64,000 nucleotides of DNA from Methanocaldococcus indicus (GCF_049554935.1 NZ_CP186926.1:288001-352000), one strand, 5' to 3'; numbered from the stretch's first letter, positions 40,516-60,500 are shown. Made by a program: numbers and translations. The notes: a model not told the origin generated them from the letters alone.

Positions 40516-41543
40516 AGACAGATAAGGTAGAGATACATCATCTATTTTTAATTTTATGCTGTATCTATATAATTTTCTCAAAAATATCATTTTTTGCTGG
40601 AATTGTGTTTTTACTATCAGGAATTATCTTTTACATCTCTTACAATATAGGAAAGAAAATAAACAATATTAATTTATTTTATAGAGATTGTAAAAAACAT
40701 TACTATATTGGAATTATTTTAATGGTTATTGGGTTTTTAGCAACTGTTGGAGATTTAATTTGGGTTAGAGATATTCCTCTATTTTATCCAGAAGTTAGAA
40801 GATTTCTAAGTGTTCCTTTAACAATGTTGTCAAGATTTTTTATAGTTGGTTGGGCTATTGTTTTATCTTCCTTAGATATAGATAAAAAAAGAGCAATAAT
40901 ATATACATTAGTTTTTTCTATTTTTGTAATGCTTTTAGGATATAGAACTTCTGTTTTTGTGTTATTGATTTCTTCAACTTTAATTTTATACTACAAAAAT
41001 AAAATAAACAATAGAGAGATTATTTTACTGTTTGGAATTATATTTTTCATTATTTTAGGATTATCAATATTGAGATTCTTAGTTTTAGGAGTTTGGGGCA
41101 ATCCAATAACATCAAGAATTTCTTTAACTATGTCAGTTTATGATATTATTTATAATTACTACAATGGTGCTTTTAGTGGATATCTTTTGTATTCTGCTAT
41201 CTATTCCTATTTAATGCCAATGATTAGTCCAAGAGCTGCAATAGCAATGTATTTGGGAATAAAAGGAGTTACTATAACTCCCACAATTGTAGGAGCTGTT
41301 ATAGGAGATTATGGAACTTTGGCTATTTTTCCATATTTTGGAATATTAGGAATATATTTAGGATACTTCTATAAAATTGCTAAAAATTTAAAATGCATTT
41401 ATTTAGGAATATTTGCAATTGTTTCATCATACCTATTGGTTGGTGTAGAAAGTGGAATTTTGGATTTTGATGTTATTCTATACTTTTTAGTTGGTGGGTT
41501 TTTATGTCTATATGTAACCTTAAAGAGCAAATTAAAAAGATAG
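40512..41543 (+). CDS. Wzy-like oligosaccharide repeat-unit polymerase family membrane protein
   Basis: About 10 TM segments; IPLF, LLGYR and TPTIVG...DYG motifs. Confidence 0.65.
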   Translation: MKTDKVEIHHLFLILCCIYIIFSKISFFAGIVFLLSGIIFYISYNIGKKINNINLFYRDCKKHYYIGIILMVIGFLATVGDLIWVRDIPLFYPEVRRFLSVPLTMLSRFFIVGWAIVLSSLDIDKKRAIIYTLVFSIFVMLLGYRTSVFVLLISSTLILYYKNKINNREIILLFGIIFFIILGLSILRFLVLGVWGNPITSRISLTMSVYDIIYNYYNGAFSGYLLYSAIYSYLMPMISPRAAIAMYLGIKGVTITPTIVGAVIGDYGTLAIFPYFGILGIYLGYFYKIAKNLKCIYLGIFAIVSSYLLVGVESGILDFDVILYFLVGGFLCLYVTLKSKLKR

Positions 41544-42631
41544 AGTTCTTTAAGCCATATAATATAGTTATTTTTGGGCATTTGGCTATTTTTTTATTGG
41601 CTATCCCTTATTATCATAAATTAGGATTTATTAATATAGTAAAGATGTTAATTATTATCTCTATTTTTATTTTCTTTTTTTATCTACCTCATAAGTATAA
41701 CTTTAAAATAGAAAAAAACAAAATATTTATTTATATAATATCTACAATTTTATTTGTTCTCTCATTTTATGGAGCTTTTTATTCAACAAACTCCTTAATT
41801 TTATCATTTGTATATTCAGTCTTTTTATTTGTTGTTATCTATCTATACAAAAATCTCAAGGATTCTGAGATATTTACAAATTTTATGTTCTTTTTGGGAT
41901 TTACTTCATTTATAATTTTAATTAATAAATATGGAGGAATTCCTCTTTTTGATTATTCTATAAGAATGGCTATAAACACAGAACCTTTAAGATTAATTGC
42001 TATGGGAGGATTAATTTATGGCTCATTAAACAATAAATTTAGAGCTGTTGTTAGCTTTATGTTATTAGTCCTCTTAGGTTATAAAATAGGTGTTTTATTG
42101 TTAGTTTTTTCATATATCTATTACAACTACAAAAACAACCTAAGAGTTATTTTTATCTCATTAATTCTATTATTTATAGTTATGAATATTATGGGATATA
42201 TTATTATAAAAGTTTCTCCTCAGATGTGGAAAATATCTCCAATAGAATTTTTAAGTTATAGAGCATATTTTGACTTATATGTATTTTCTAAAATAATTAA
42301 TTCTAACATTATTACCTTAGGAAAAATTTTATTTACACCTAATGGAGAGAGATTTGTTGGTGAGCTATTATATAACTATAAAGCAAATTTAACTACTACA
42401 ATGTTTGGAACTGTATATTTGGATTTTAATATCTTTGGAGTTGTATTAGCTTTTATTATTGGTTACTTATCAAAGATTTTATACTATGGAGACAAAAAGA
42501 TATATGCAATATATGCCTCTTTATTGTTGGCTTATTGTGACATTGGTATAAATTTTGGTTTTTTAGTAACCTTATTCTTAATGGTTTTAGCATCAACAAT
42601 AGTAAAAGAGGATAAAATATGGAAGGACTAA
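41504..42631 (+). CDS. Second Wzy-like membrane protein, paralogous to the upstream gene
   Basis: GGIPLF, LLGYK and TTTMFG..YLDF motifs mirror the upstream ORF. Confidence 0.6.
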   Translation: MSICNLKEQIKKIEFFKPYNIVIFGHLAIFLLAIPYYHKLGFINIVKMLIIISIFIFFFYLPHKYNFKIEKNKIFIYIISTILFVLSFYGAFYSTNSLILSFVYSVFLFVVIYLYKNLKDSEIFTNFMFFLGFTSFIILINKYGGIPLFDYSIRMAINTEPLRLIAMGGLIYGSLNNKFRAVVSFMLLVLLGYKIGVLLLVFSYIYYNYKNNLRVIFISLILLFIVMNIMGYIIIKVSPQMWKISPIEFLSYRAYFDLYVFSKIINSNIITLGKILFTPNGERFVGELLYNYKANLTTTMFGTVYLDFNIFGVVLAFIIGYLSKILYYGDKKIYAIYASLLLAYCDIGINFGFLVTLFLMVLASTIVKEDKIWKD

Positions 42632-43539
42632 CTATTGGACTGTTTGGACATTTAGATGGTGTAGGAAGAGAGTTAGGTAAAAAAGGGACAGAATCAGATA
42701 TAGCAATTTATCATTATAAGGTTGGAGATAAGTTGGTGAGTTATGTTGAACCAAAAAGATATCCAGATAAGATAGCTCCTCTAATTTATACAATAAATAT
42801 GATGGACTATGCATTAGTGTTTGTTGATGATGTAAGTAAAGATTTAGGAGAGACTTTCTTAACTTTGGATATGTTCAACATAGATAGAGGGGCTTTTGTA
42901 GTTCATGAGTATGTAGATGTTGATTTTTTAAAAGAGATTATTAAAAACACATCATTAAAAAATTTTGAAATATTAGAGAAAGATTTTATTAAAATTAGAG
43001 AATATATAAAAGATTTAAAGATTGAGAGAGATTTGTCATACAAAAAAATAACAATAGACCACTACTTTACTGTTAAGAGTGTTGGAACTGTTATTTTAGG
43101 GAAGGTAGATAAAGGTATTGTTAATGTTTATGATAAGTTAAATGTTTATCCTATAAAAAAAGAGGCTTTAATAAAAAGTATCCAAATAAATGATGTTAAT
43201 TATAAAGAAGCAAAAGCGGGAGATAGAGTAGGAATAGCCTTAAAAGGGGTTGATACTGAGGAGTTGGATAGAGGTTATATATTATCTGACAAAGAATTAA
43301 AAACATATAGTGAGATAACTGCTAAGTTTGAGCTAAATCCATTCTTAGATAAAAAAATTAAAGAAAATGAAACTTACAATTTAATTGTTGGCTTACAAAA
43401 TGTTGCTTGTAAGGTAGAGAAAGTTAATAACAATGAGATAACTCTAAAACTAAATAATCCAATAGTTTATGATGATGAAAAACTTTGTTTAGTTGATGGT
43501 AGTGCAAAAATTAGAATTGTTGGAGTTGGAAATTTATAA
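42619..43539 (+). CDS. SelB-like/EF-Tu domain II-III protein with a degenerate G domain
   Basis: IDHYFTVKSVGTVILG, IKSIQ, AGDRVGIALKG and RGY motifs; no P-loop. Confidence 0.8.
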   Translation: MEGLTIGLFGHLDGVGRELGKKGTESDIAIYHYKVGDKLVSYVEPKRYPDKIAPLIYTINMMDYALVFVDDVSKDLGETFLTLDMFNIDRGAFVVHEYVDVDFLKEIIKNTSLKNFEILEKDFIKIREYIKDLKIERDLSYKKITIDHYFTVKSVGTVILGKVDKGIVNVYDKLNVYPIKKEALIKSIQINDVNYKEAKAGDRVGIALKGVDTEELDRGYILSDKELKTYSEITAKFELNPFLDKKIKENETYNLIVGLQNVACKVEKVNNNEITLKLNNPIVYDDEKLCLVDGSAKIRIVGVGNL

Positions 43540-43563
43540 AAATTTGTAAAAAGGGGAGAGAAT

Positions 43564-44544
43564 TTGCTAAAACCAATAGAATGGGATGATGAAAAAAAAG
43601 AACTTATATTAATTGACCAGAGAAAACTACCTCATAAGTTAGAGTATTTTATATGTAGGAGTTATAAGGATGTTGCCTATGCTATTAAGGAGATGGTTGT
43701 AAGAGGAGCTCCAGCTATTGGAATCTCAGCAGGATATGGTTTAGCTTTGGCAGAGATTTATGGAGATAATATTTATAAAGCTTATGAAACTTTAAAAAAT
43801 ACAAGACCAACAGCAGTTAATCTATTTTGGGCTTTGGATAGATGTTTAAAAGCTTATAAAGAAGGCAAAAATATTTTAGATGAAGCTAAAAAAATACACA
43901 AAGAAGATATAGAAACAAATAAAAAGATTGGAAAAATTGGAGAGAAAATTATTGATGATGGAGATAATATTTTAACTCATTGTAATGCAGGGGCATTGGC
44001 AACATCAATGTATGGAACAGCTTTGAGTGTTATAAGGTTTGCACACTACAATGGAAAAAATATATTTGTTATTGTTGATGAGACAAGACCAAGATTACAA
44101 GGGGCTAAATTAACAGCTTTTGAACTAAAATATGAAAATATTCCTTTTAGAGTTATAACAGATAATACAGCAGGATTTTTAATGAGTTTAGGGAAAGTAG
44201 ATAAGATAGTTGTTGGAACAGATAGAATATTAAAAGATGGAACTGTCTATAATAAGATAGGAACATATTCTTTAGCTATTTTAGCTAAGTATCATAATAT
44301 CCCCTTTTATGTTGCAGCTCCATTATCAACCTTTGACTTAAAAAGTAAAGAAGATGATATAGTTATAGAGGAGAGGGATGAGAAAGAGGTAGCTTATATT
44401 GATGGAGTTAGAATAGTTCCAGAAGGAGTTAGATGCTACAATTATGCTTTTGATAAGACACCACCAAATTTAATAACAGGAATAATAACTGAAAAAGGAA
44501 TTATAAAACCTAATGAGAAGGAAATAATGTCTTTGTTTGATTAA
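43564..44544 (+). CDS. mtnA: S-methyl-5-thioribose-1-phosphate isomerase
   Basis: MVVRGAPAIG, RPTAVNL, THCNAGALAT, ETRPRLQG and NKIGTY motifs. Confidence 0.93.
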   Translation: MLKPIEWDDEKKELILIDQRKLPHKLEYFICRSYKDVAYAIKEMVVRGAPAIGISAGYGLALAEIYGDNIYKAYETLKNTRPTAVNLFWALDRCLKAYKEGKNILDEAKKIHKEDIETNKKIGKIGEKIIDDGDNILTHCNAGALATSMYGTALSVIRFAHYNGKNIFVIVDETRPRLQGAKLTAFELKYENIPFRVITDNTAGFLMSLGKVDKIVVGTDRILKDGTVYNKIGTYSLAILAKYHNIPFYVAAPLSTFDLKSKEDDIVIEERDEKEVAYIDGVRIVPEGVRCYNYAFDKTPPNLITGIITEKGIIKPNEKEIMSLFD

Positions 44545-44546
44545 GT

Positions 44547-45323
44547 ATGTTGGCTGTAAAAGTTGAAAATCTAACAAAGTATTTTGGAGATAAAAAGGTT
44601 TTAGATAATTTATCTTTTGAAGTTTATAGGGGAGAAATATTTGCACTTATTGGACATAATGGAGCTGGAAAAACAACAACATTAAGAATATTATCAGGAA
44701 TAATAAAGGATTTTGAAGGGAGAGTTATAAAAAATGGAACCTCTGGGTATCTTCCAGAGGAAAGAGGATTATATAAAAATGAAACTGTCTATTCATTGTT
44801 AAAATTTTTTGGTGAATTGGCAGAAGTATCTAATTTAGATAAAAAAATAGATTATTGGTTAAATAGATTTAACATATCCAAATATAAAAATTATAAGATA
44901 AAAGAGTTATCAAAAGGAAATCAGCAGAAAGTTCAGTTAATTATCTCTTTAATACATAATCCAGATATTTTAATTTTAGATGAACCATTTTCAGGTTTAG
45001 ATGTAGTTAATGTTAAGTTGTTTATTGATGTATTAACTGAGCTAAAAAAGGATAATAAAGCTATAATAATCTCTTCACATAGGTTGGAATATTTGGATAA
45101 AATATGTGATAGAGCTCTTATCCTAAAAAATGGTAAAGCAATATATTATGGTGCTCTTAAATTTAGAGATAAGGTATATATTGAGATATTAGAAAATAAT
45201 AAAATAGTTAAAAAGGAGATGCCAATTGAAGAGGCAATAAATATATTAAAAAATTATCCTGAAAAGGTTATTAAATATGAAATAAAAAAATCATTAGAGG
45301 ATATTTTTTTAGAAACTTATTAA
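44547..45323 (+). CDS. ABC transporter ATP-binding protein
   Basis: GHNGAGKTT, LSKGNQQK and ILDEPFSGLD motifs. Confidence 0.93.
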   Translation: MLAVKVENLTKYFGDKKVLDNLSFEVYRGEIFALIGHNGAGKTTTLRILSGIIKDFEGRVIKNGTSGYLPEERGLYKNETVYSLLKFFGELAEVSNLDKKIDYWLNRFNISKYKNYKIKELSKGNQQKVQLIISLIHNPDILILDEPFSGLDVVNVKLFIDVLTELKKDNKAIIISSHRLEYLDKICDRALILKNGKAIYYGALKFRDKVYIEILENNKIVKKEMPIEEAINILKNYPEKVIKYEIKKSLEDIFLETY

Positions 45324-45333
45324 AAGTGGGCTT

Positions 45334-46493
45334 ATGAAAGCTATAAAGATAGCTAAAAGAGAAATTTTGAGTAATTTAAAGAGAAAGCAGTTTTTAATAT
45401 CTATATTTTTAGTCCCTTTGTTTATTATAGGTATGAGTATATTTGCAAGTTATTTAGCTATTCCTAAAGAGATAAAAATTGGCTATTATTCAAACTTAGA
45501 ATTTCCTAATACATATAAATATGGGAATACAACAGTAATAAAATTTATAAAAGTTGATAATTTAGAAGAGGGCAAAAAACTATTGTTAGAAAATAAAATA
45601 AATTACTTAGTTTATATTCCTAATAATTTGTTAGATAGCTATAAAATTTATATATATTCTACATCAAAAACAATCTCTCCAATAGTTTCAGATACAGTTA
45701 AAAACATAGTTTTAAAGGATATTTTATCCAACAAAATAGATGAGAAGTATTTTAAGTTAATAACAGATTTAGAATTTGAGTTATATACTGTTTCAAAACA
45801 AAAAACTATTAAAGAGAGTTTTTTATCATTTCTTTTACCAATGGGATTTATGTTTTTAATGTACTTCTCTTTAATAACTATCTCAGGATTAATAATTTCA
45901 ACCATTATAGATGATAAAAGAGAAAGAGTTTTAGAGTTGTTGTTATCTTTTGTCTCTTCAAGAGATATTATGATTGGAAAAATTTTAGGAGTAGCTGGAT
46001 TAGGATTTATACAAATTCTTATATGGGGATTATTTGGAGCAATATTTATAATTCCTATGTTAAGCTTAGTAAAAATTTCTGTATATTATTTAATTATATT
46101 CCTTATCTACTTCTTTTTAGGCTATCTGTTCTATACATCATTCTTATCTGGATTAGCTTCTTTATTCTCAAATCCAAAAGATGCAAATCAAATAATATCC
46201 CCAATAATATTTATTCAAGTTATTCCAATTATATTTATGCAATATATAATACTAAATCCAAATAGCTTAATAACTAAAATTTTGTCATATATTCCTTTTA
46301 CAGCTCCACAAGTAATGGTGTGTAGAGTAGGATTAACTAATGTATCTTATTTTGAGATAATTTTATCAATTGTTGTTATGATAATCTCAATAATATTATC
46401 TTTCAAATTATCAATAAAACTCTTTGATATAGGAATTTTACTTTATGAGGAAAATCTGTCTATCAAAAAAATTATTAAAATTATTGTGAAAAG

Positions 46494-46497
<4 letters not shown>
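45334..46497 (+). CDS. ABC-2 type permease (NatB-like)
   Basis: IAKREI and DDKRERVLELLLS...GKILG motifs; multi-TM. Confidence 0.88.
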
Positions 46498-52314
<5,817 letters not shown>

Positions 52315-52320
52315 CCATTA

Positions 52321-53433
52321 CTAAATATTATACAAATCCTTTATTTTATCATAAGCTCTCTTAGATAATCTGTCTTTATCAACAGAATAAATTTCCATCT
52401 TTGGAATAATTACTCTAACAGCAGGAACTCCAAATTTTGTAAGATTTGCATAGATAATTTTATCAAATCCTTTACTATAAAGATGTTCTTTTATAAATTC
52501 TAAATCTTTTTTTATATTTTTAGAGGAATAATCTGGAATATCATCTAAATCAACAATTTTCTCAGATTCAAACCATTTTCTGTAAATTTTTTTAGCTCTT
52601 TCATAAGAAACATTTTTAAAAAATTTATATCTAAATTTAGCATCATTTCTTAAATTTTGTATTTGAGAAGCCCTACTTTGGGCTAATTCAGATAAAGCTC
52701 TTATTATTGCTATTTCTTTATTTAAGTGACATCCTGCTCCCATACACATTAATAAAGGATTTTTATCATCAGATATTGCTATAAATGTAGGAATGTCTAA
52801 TGTTGCTATATATTTTATAGTTATTTTTACATTTGCTTTTTTAAATCTTTCTAATAAATCTAAAATTATCTCATTTTCAATTGAATCTAAATTTATCTCA
52901 ATTGGAACTTTTTTAGATAAATCTGCTATGCTCCATGAATCTCTTTCAACAACTTCTAAGATTCCATGTAGTAAAGCTTCTTCCAATGAATTCCCTGCTG
53001 CTAATCCATTTGTATTTCCTCTAAAAAGCTTTTTGGAATTTGGATGAAAAACAGCATCTGCTGGAACATCAACATACTCATTATTTATAATATCATAAGT
53101 CCTAACCCACTCTTTGACATTTTTATCAGCATAAGGAGGAAGAATCAAATCATCCAAATTAATTGGATTATCAACATCCTTAACAACTAATTTTTTATCA
53201 TACTCTGCAGATGCTCTTTCAATAGCTTCCATACAAGCAGAAACTTTAGCATCTATATCTCTATATCCCTTACCATAACTTAATAAAATTTCATTACCTT
53301 TTTTTCTTTTTGTGAAATATACAGGAATATTTACCTTATCTAAATCTACTTTTTCAATACTTATTAGATTAATCTTTTTTAAAGCTTCTTGAATGTCTCT
53401 AAAAGTTTCTTCTGATGATTTTTCTCTATACAT
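52321..53433 (-). CDS. ycaO: YcaO-family protein (methanogen type, probable McrA glycine thioamidation)
   Basis: [20 protein letters not shown] and EVVERD motifs; C-terminal PAVRVIIP. Confidence 0.85.
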   Translation of the reverse strand: MYREKSSEETFRDIQEALKKINLISIEKVDLDKVNIPVYFTKRKKGNEILLSYGKGYRDIDAKVSACMEAIERASAEYDKKLVVKDVDNPINLDDLILPPYADKNVKEWVRTYDIINNEYVDVPADAVFHPNSKKLFRGNTNGLAAGNSLEEALLHGILEVVERDSWSIADLSKKVPIEINLDSIENEIILDLLERFKKANVKITIKYIATLDIPTFIAISDDKNPLLMCMGAGCHLNKEIAIIRALSELAQSRASQIQNLRNDAKFRYKFFKNVSYERAKKIYRKWFESEKIVDLDDIPDYSSKNIKKDLEFIKEHLYSKGFDKIIYANLTKFGVPAVRVIIPKMEIYSVDKDRLSKRAYDKIKDLYNI

Positions 53434-53448
53434 AATAAATTCCTTATT

Positions 53449-56414
<2,966 letters not shown>

Positions 56415-56418
<4 letters not shown>

Positions 56419-56882
56419 ATCTCAACACCCACTCTTCTTAAAGCATCTAAAATCTCATCTTTTATTTTCTCTTCAATTGGTTTTTTATGGATATGTGAAG
56501 GAGGTGAAATACTTGCAGTTAATATCCTTCCTTTACTATCTGCTATTATAAACAAAGCTCCTGAGCCAGGAGCTCCTAACCTTCCTCTTCCAATAAAAAT
56601 ATCTCCATCCTCAGTATCAATAGCTAAATAAATTTTTGTGAGAGCTGGAATCCTTGTTAAATCAGCTACATCAGTGGGAATATCTATCATTTTTATTTCA
56701 GCATTACAAACCTTCTCTAATATACTTTTTATTATATTAAATTTTTTTGTGTTGTTGGTTGCAACAACAATTTTTTTAGCTGACAATATTTTATTTTTTA
56801 TATATTCTGTCTCTTCAATTTTATCTCCTTTTCTCTCCTTATTTATAGATTCTAAATAAGCTTTTTTTACTATCTCTTCCAT
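56415..56882 (-). CDS. hcgB: FeGP cofactor guanylyltransferase HcgB
   Basis: RKGDK.EE, DLTRIPALTK, GRGRLGAPGSG and SPPSHIH motifs. Confidence 0.85.
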
Positions 56883-56891
56883 AAATAACCC

Positions 56892-58466
56892 TTAATTATT
56901 TTCAATTATTGGCTTGAAACCAACATCTCCCCAACTATCTGATTTGTTAGTGTATAAACCAATTATTGAATAAGAGCCATTATTTACTTCAACATATAAG
57001 TTAGGGTCTCCATAATATATAGTTCCATTAAATGTTTTTGGTTTTAATTCTTTATAAGTTGGATTTGTATATTCATTTTCAACTTCTGTAGTAATGTTAT
57101 TTACATCTTTTACAAATATCCAGTCAATTGATACTTTTGCCGTATAATTTGATAGAGTATTAATTGATATTGGATAACTGTCTGTTACATTAGTAGTTGT
57201 TCTAAATTCATGTAGGATATTATTGTCATTATTTTTAATTAGAAATTGAATTATATTATTATATCTTACAACATCATAAATATAAAATTCATTTAAATAT
57301 AAATATCCATTATTTACCCAATTATCTCCCCAATAAGAAGTATCATTTCTCATATATAGCCATCTATTACTAGCATCCCATTTATAGCAATCCCACCCTA
57401 CTCCTATATAATCACTAAGAGGTTTAAAAAATCCAACAGATTGAGCATGAATTGGGGTAAAATTCCCCCTAAATACTAATTCATATCCAGTAGAAAAATT
57501 ATTTTTTGAATATACACTTGAACCAAGACCTTCGACAGTTAATATAGAATTGTTTATTTTATAATTACCGACAACATACCATTTGTTTAAATCTAAATCA
57601 TTAAAATCATCAAATAAAATAAATGTTTCATAAGGATTTTGTTTATCTATAGTAGTTGTTGAATTATATAAAAGATATATCTCATTTCCATTGAACAATT
57701 GGTTTTTATTTGCCTTTACCCATATTAGTGAGACTTCATTATTTCCATATCTCCAAACTTGGACCCAGTAAGGTAGTAGGACATTATTAGCCCCTATAAT
57801 CCTTATCTCTCTTGGAGATGAAGAGTTATACATATGGCTATAATTGAAATTTGAACTATTAAGAATTATACAAAAAGTATGATTTTTATTGTTATTTGGG
57901 AAGTTGTTAATGGTTATTACTCTATAATATTCCCAAGTATAGTAGAAGTTATTTAAGTATAAGTATGGGTCTGGAACTCTTGATAATTTTATATTTTTAT
58001 TAATACTTACAGTAAAATCTTTGGAGATTATAACATTATTGAGGTTTTCTATAGGATACTCAAAGTTAGCTGTTAGTTTAACATTAACATATAAAGGATT
58101 ATCAGTAGGTAAAATAGTGACATTTATATAATTAATTTTTATATTGTAATCTTTTGATAACTGGGTTAAAGATTTGTTTGTTTCATTTTTTATTAAACTT
58201 TCAATATAATTAACAGCTTCATCAGAATTATTAAAAAATTTTCTTTCATCCATTATCTTATAACTTGTATTGATAAATGCATCTAAAACTATCTTATCTA
58301 TATCTCTCTTTAAGCTACTCTCTATATTGTCCATAACTAAAAAGTATTTTTTTAGCTTAATTTCATCTTGAACATTTTCAGTTTTATACTCTATCCCTTT
58401 AAAAAGAATAATGGTCGTTACAAATAATAGAAGGATTAGAATAACTGCATTCTGAGAGAAGTACAT
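56892..58466 (-). CDS. DUF2341-like surface or pilus-associated protein
   Basis: N-terminal TM; LPYWVQ..W, IYLLY and FILFDDF motifs; many NxS/T sequons. Confidence 0.65.
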   Translation of the reverse strand: MYFSQNAVILILLLFVTTIILFKGIEYKTENVQDEIKLKKYFLVMDNIESSLKRDIDKIVLDAFINTSYKIMDERKFFNNSDEAVNYIESLIKNETNKSLTQLSKDYNIKINYINVTILPTDNPLYVNVKLTANFEYPIENLNNVIISKDFTVSINKNIKLSRVPDPYLYLNNFYYTWEYYRVITINNFPNNNKNHTFCIILNSSNFNYSHMYNSSSPREIRIIGANNVLLPYWVQVWRYGNNEVSLIWVKANKNQLFNGNEIYLLYNSTTTIDKQNPYETFILFDDFNDLDLNKWYVVGNYKINNSILTVEGLGSSVYSKNNFSTGYELVFRGNFTPIHAQSVGFFKPLSDYIGVGWDCYKWDASNRWLYMRNDTSYWGDNWVNNGYLYLNEFYIYDVVRYNNIIQFLIKNNDNNILHEFRTTTNVTDSYPISINTLSNYTAKVSIDWIFVKDVNNITTEVENEYTNPTYKELKPKTFNGTIYYGDPNLYVEVNNGSYSIIGLYTNKSDSWGDVGFKPIIENN

Positions 58467-58475
58467 AAAACAATA

Positions 58476-59828
58476 TCACCTATTCTTTATATATTTAACA
58501 ATATAATCCTTCTTTTTTATAGCTTCATCTGCTGCTTTTTTTACCTTTTCTTTCATTTCTTCAAAATTGTCTGGTTTATTTTCTCCAACAACTTTTTTAA
58601 CAGGTGTATATGCAGATTCTCTAAATTTAGGTGTTAAAGGAATTTTTTTATTTCCATCTATTAGATAACTCTTATCTCCTTTCTCAACATATCCTACTTC
58701 CTCAACCTTTATAACCTTTTTTATCTCATCTGCTGTCTTTTCATCACATATAATCATTAATGAACCTGTTGAAATACCAAGGGGGTCGATATTAAGCTCT
58801 TCCAACATTTTAAGAACTTTTTTGTTAATAGTATTATATACTTTCTCTTTATCAAAAACTAATGAGACCTTAGCAGTTTTAGAAATCTCAAAGGCATCTC
58901 CTCTTAATCCTCCATTAGTTATATCTGTTAATGTATTAATTTTATTTATTAGATTATTTTCTATTAACCTTTGGCAATCTAAAATAAAATCAACATTTAA
59001 TGTTTCTTTTATAACATCAAAATAGCCATAATATATAGCTGTTGTTGTTATTGTTCCTCCTCCACTCCCTTCTGTCATTAAAATTATATCTCCTTCTTTT
59101 GCATTTCTTCTTGCTGTTGGTTTTCCTTCTTTTATTATACCTATTGCTCCAACAGCTGAAACCATTCTATCTCCAATAACCATATCTCCTCCAATCCTTA
59201 AAGTGCTTCCCCCTATTAGTGGAATTTTAGTTAATTCTGAAACAGCACAAATTCCAGCAGTAAAGTCAAATATTTTACCAACATCTCCATCATCAGCTAA
59301 ATGTATATCACTTATTAAAGCTACTCCCTCAGCTCCCATGACATAAATATCTCTTAGAGCTGCTTTACTAACATGAAAACCTGCTAAAAAAGGAAAATCA
59401 CTTAACCTTGAATGTGTTCCATCTATTGCAGAAACTATATATTTAGGATTATCTACTTTAACCACTCCTGCATCATCCTGCTCATCAGCTGAAACCTCAG
59501 CTTTCAACTTTGTACTTTTAATTATTCTTGCGATTTCCTTATGGACAAAAAAATCTCCTTCTCCTCTACTTCCAACTCCAAACATTCCCATTGTCACTCC
59601 AGAAGATGGATACTCCAAAAGATATTTTATTTCTTTATCATCTATCTCTCTAAATTTTTCAGAAATCTTAACCTCCTCTAAAATAGCTTTTATAAACTTT
59701 TTAGCAAATTCTTCATCAACTTCTTTGAACTCTAAGACTCTTTTAAAACCATCTTCTATAATCTTACTCTCTGGAATATTTTTTCTTAAGCATCTCCTAA
59801 CATAGCCCTCTAAATCCATAAAAATCAA
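58476..59828 (-). CDS. AIR synthase/HypE-related protein
   Basis: GVGSRGEGDF, DDAGVV, DGTHSRLS and DITNGGLRGD motifs. Confidence 0.8.
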   Translation of the reverse strand: MIFMDLEGYVRRCLRKNIPESKIIEDGFKRVLEFKEVDEEFAKKFIKAILEEVKISEKFREIDDKEIKYLLEYPSSGVTMGMFGVGSRGEGDFFVHKEIARIIKSTKLKAEVSADEQDDAGVVKVDNPKYIVSAIDGTHSRLSDFPFLAGFHVSKAALRDIYVMGAEGVALISDIHLADDGDVGKIFDFTAGICAVSELTKIPLIGGSTLRIGGDMVIGDRMVSAVGAIGIIKEGKPTARRNAKEGDIILMTEGSGGGTITTTAIYYGYFDVIKETLNVDFILDCQRLIENNLINKINTLTDITNGGLRGDAFEISKTAKVSLVFDKEKVYNTINKKVLKMLEELNIDPLGISTGSLMIICDEKTADEIKKVIKVEEVGYVEKGDKSYLIDGNKKIPLTPKFRESAYTPVKKVVGENKPDNFEEMKEKVKKAADEAIKKKDYIVKYIKNR

Positions 59829-59831
59829 CCT

Positions 59832-60500
59832 TTAAATATGTTTATACATTCTAATCCATTCTTTAATTTTTATATCTTTCTTAAATCCTAATGATTCATA
59901 AAATTTTATAGCATTAAAGTTTTCTTCACCAACCCATAACTCAACTATATCCCTTCCTCTCTTTTTAGCATATTCAATAGCTTTATCTATTAAAATTTTA
60001 CCAAAACCTTTTTTTCTAAAATCTGGATGAATAAATATCTCATGAATTTCTGCTACTTTTTTATTCTCTACCTTGCTAACCCAATTACAATCAACAGCTA
60101 AAAAACCCACAATTCTATTTTTATATTCTAAAACAAAAAATCCTTCTTTATCTCTCTTTAATAACCAATTAAAGTACCACTTTGCCCACTTTTTAGTTTT
60201 ATAGTAGTATTTGTCAAAACCTTCATAAGCTTTAAAGTATAACTCTAAAAAATATTTTAAATCATTCTCATCAACATTTCTAATTTTAATATCCTTTGTT
60301 ATTTCAAAAATTTTTTTAGCTACTTCATAACATCTAAAAAAGTCATCTAATGTATTTTTTAATGAAGAAAGTTTTTTAACTTTAACATAAAAAGAACTAT
60401 CTTTAATATATGCAAAATCAGTATTATCTACTTCTAAACATTTTAAAATTTTTTTATCTTCTTTTAAATTTAAAATAAATTCAATATTCATAAAAATCAA
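59832..60500 (-). CDS. GNAT acetyltransferase with an N-terminal Pcc1-like domain
   Basis: GNAT motifs IHPDFRKKGFGK and N..AIKFYESLGF. The N-terminal ~65 aa end in LSSLKNTLDDFFRCYEVA. Confidence 0.75.
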   Translation of the reverse strand: MIFMNIEFILNLKEDKKILKCLEVDNTDFAYIKDSSFYVKVKKLSSLKNTLDDFFRCYEVAKKIFEITKDIKIRNVDENDLKYFLELYFKAYEGFDKYYYKTKKWAKWYFNWLLKRDKEGFFVLEYKNRIVGFLAVDCNWVSKVENKKVAEIHEIFIHPDFRKKGFGKILIDKAIEYAKKRGRDIVELWVGEENFNAIKFYESLGFKKDIKIKEWIRMYKHI

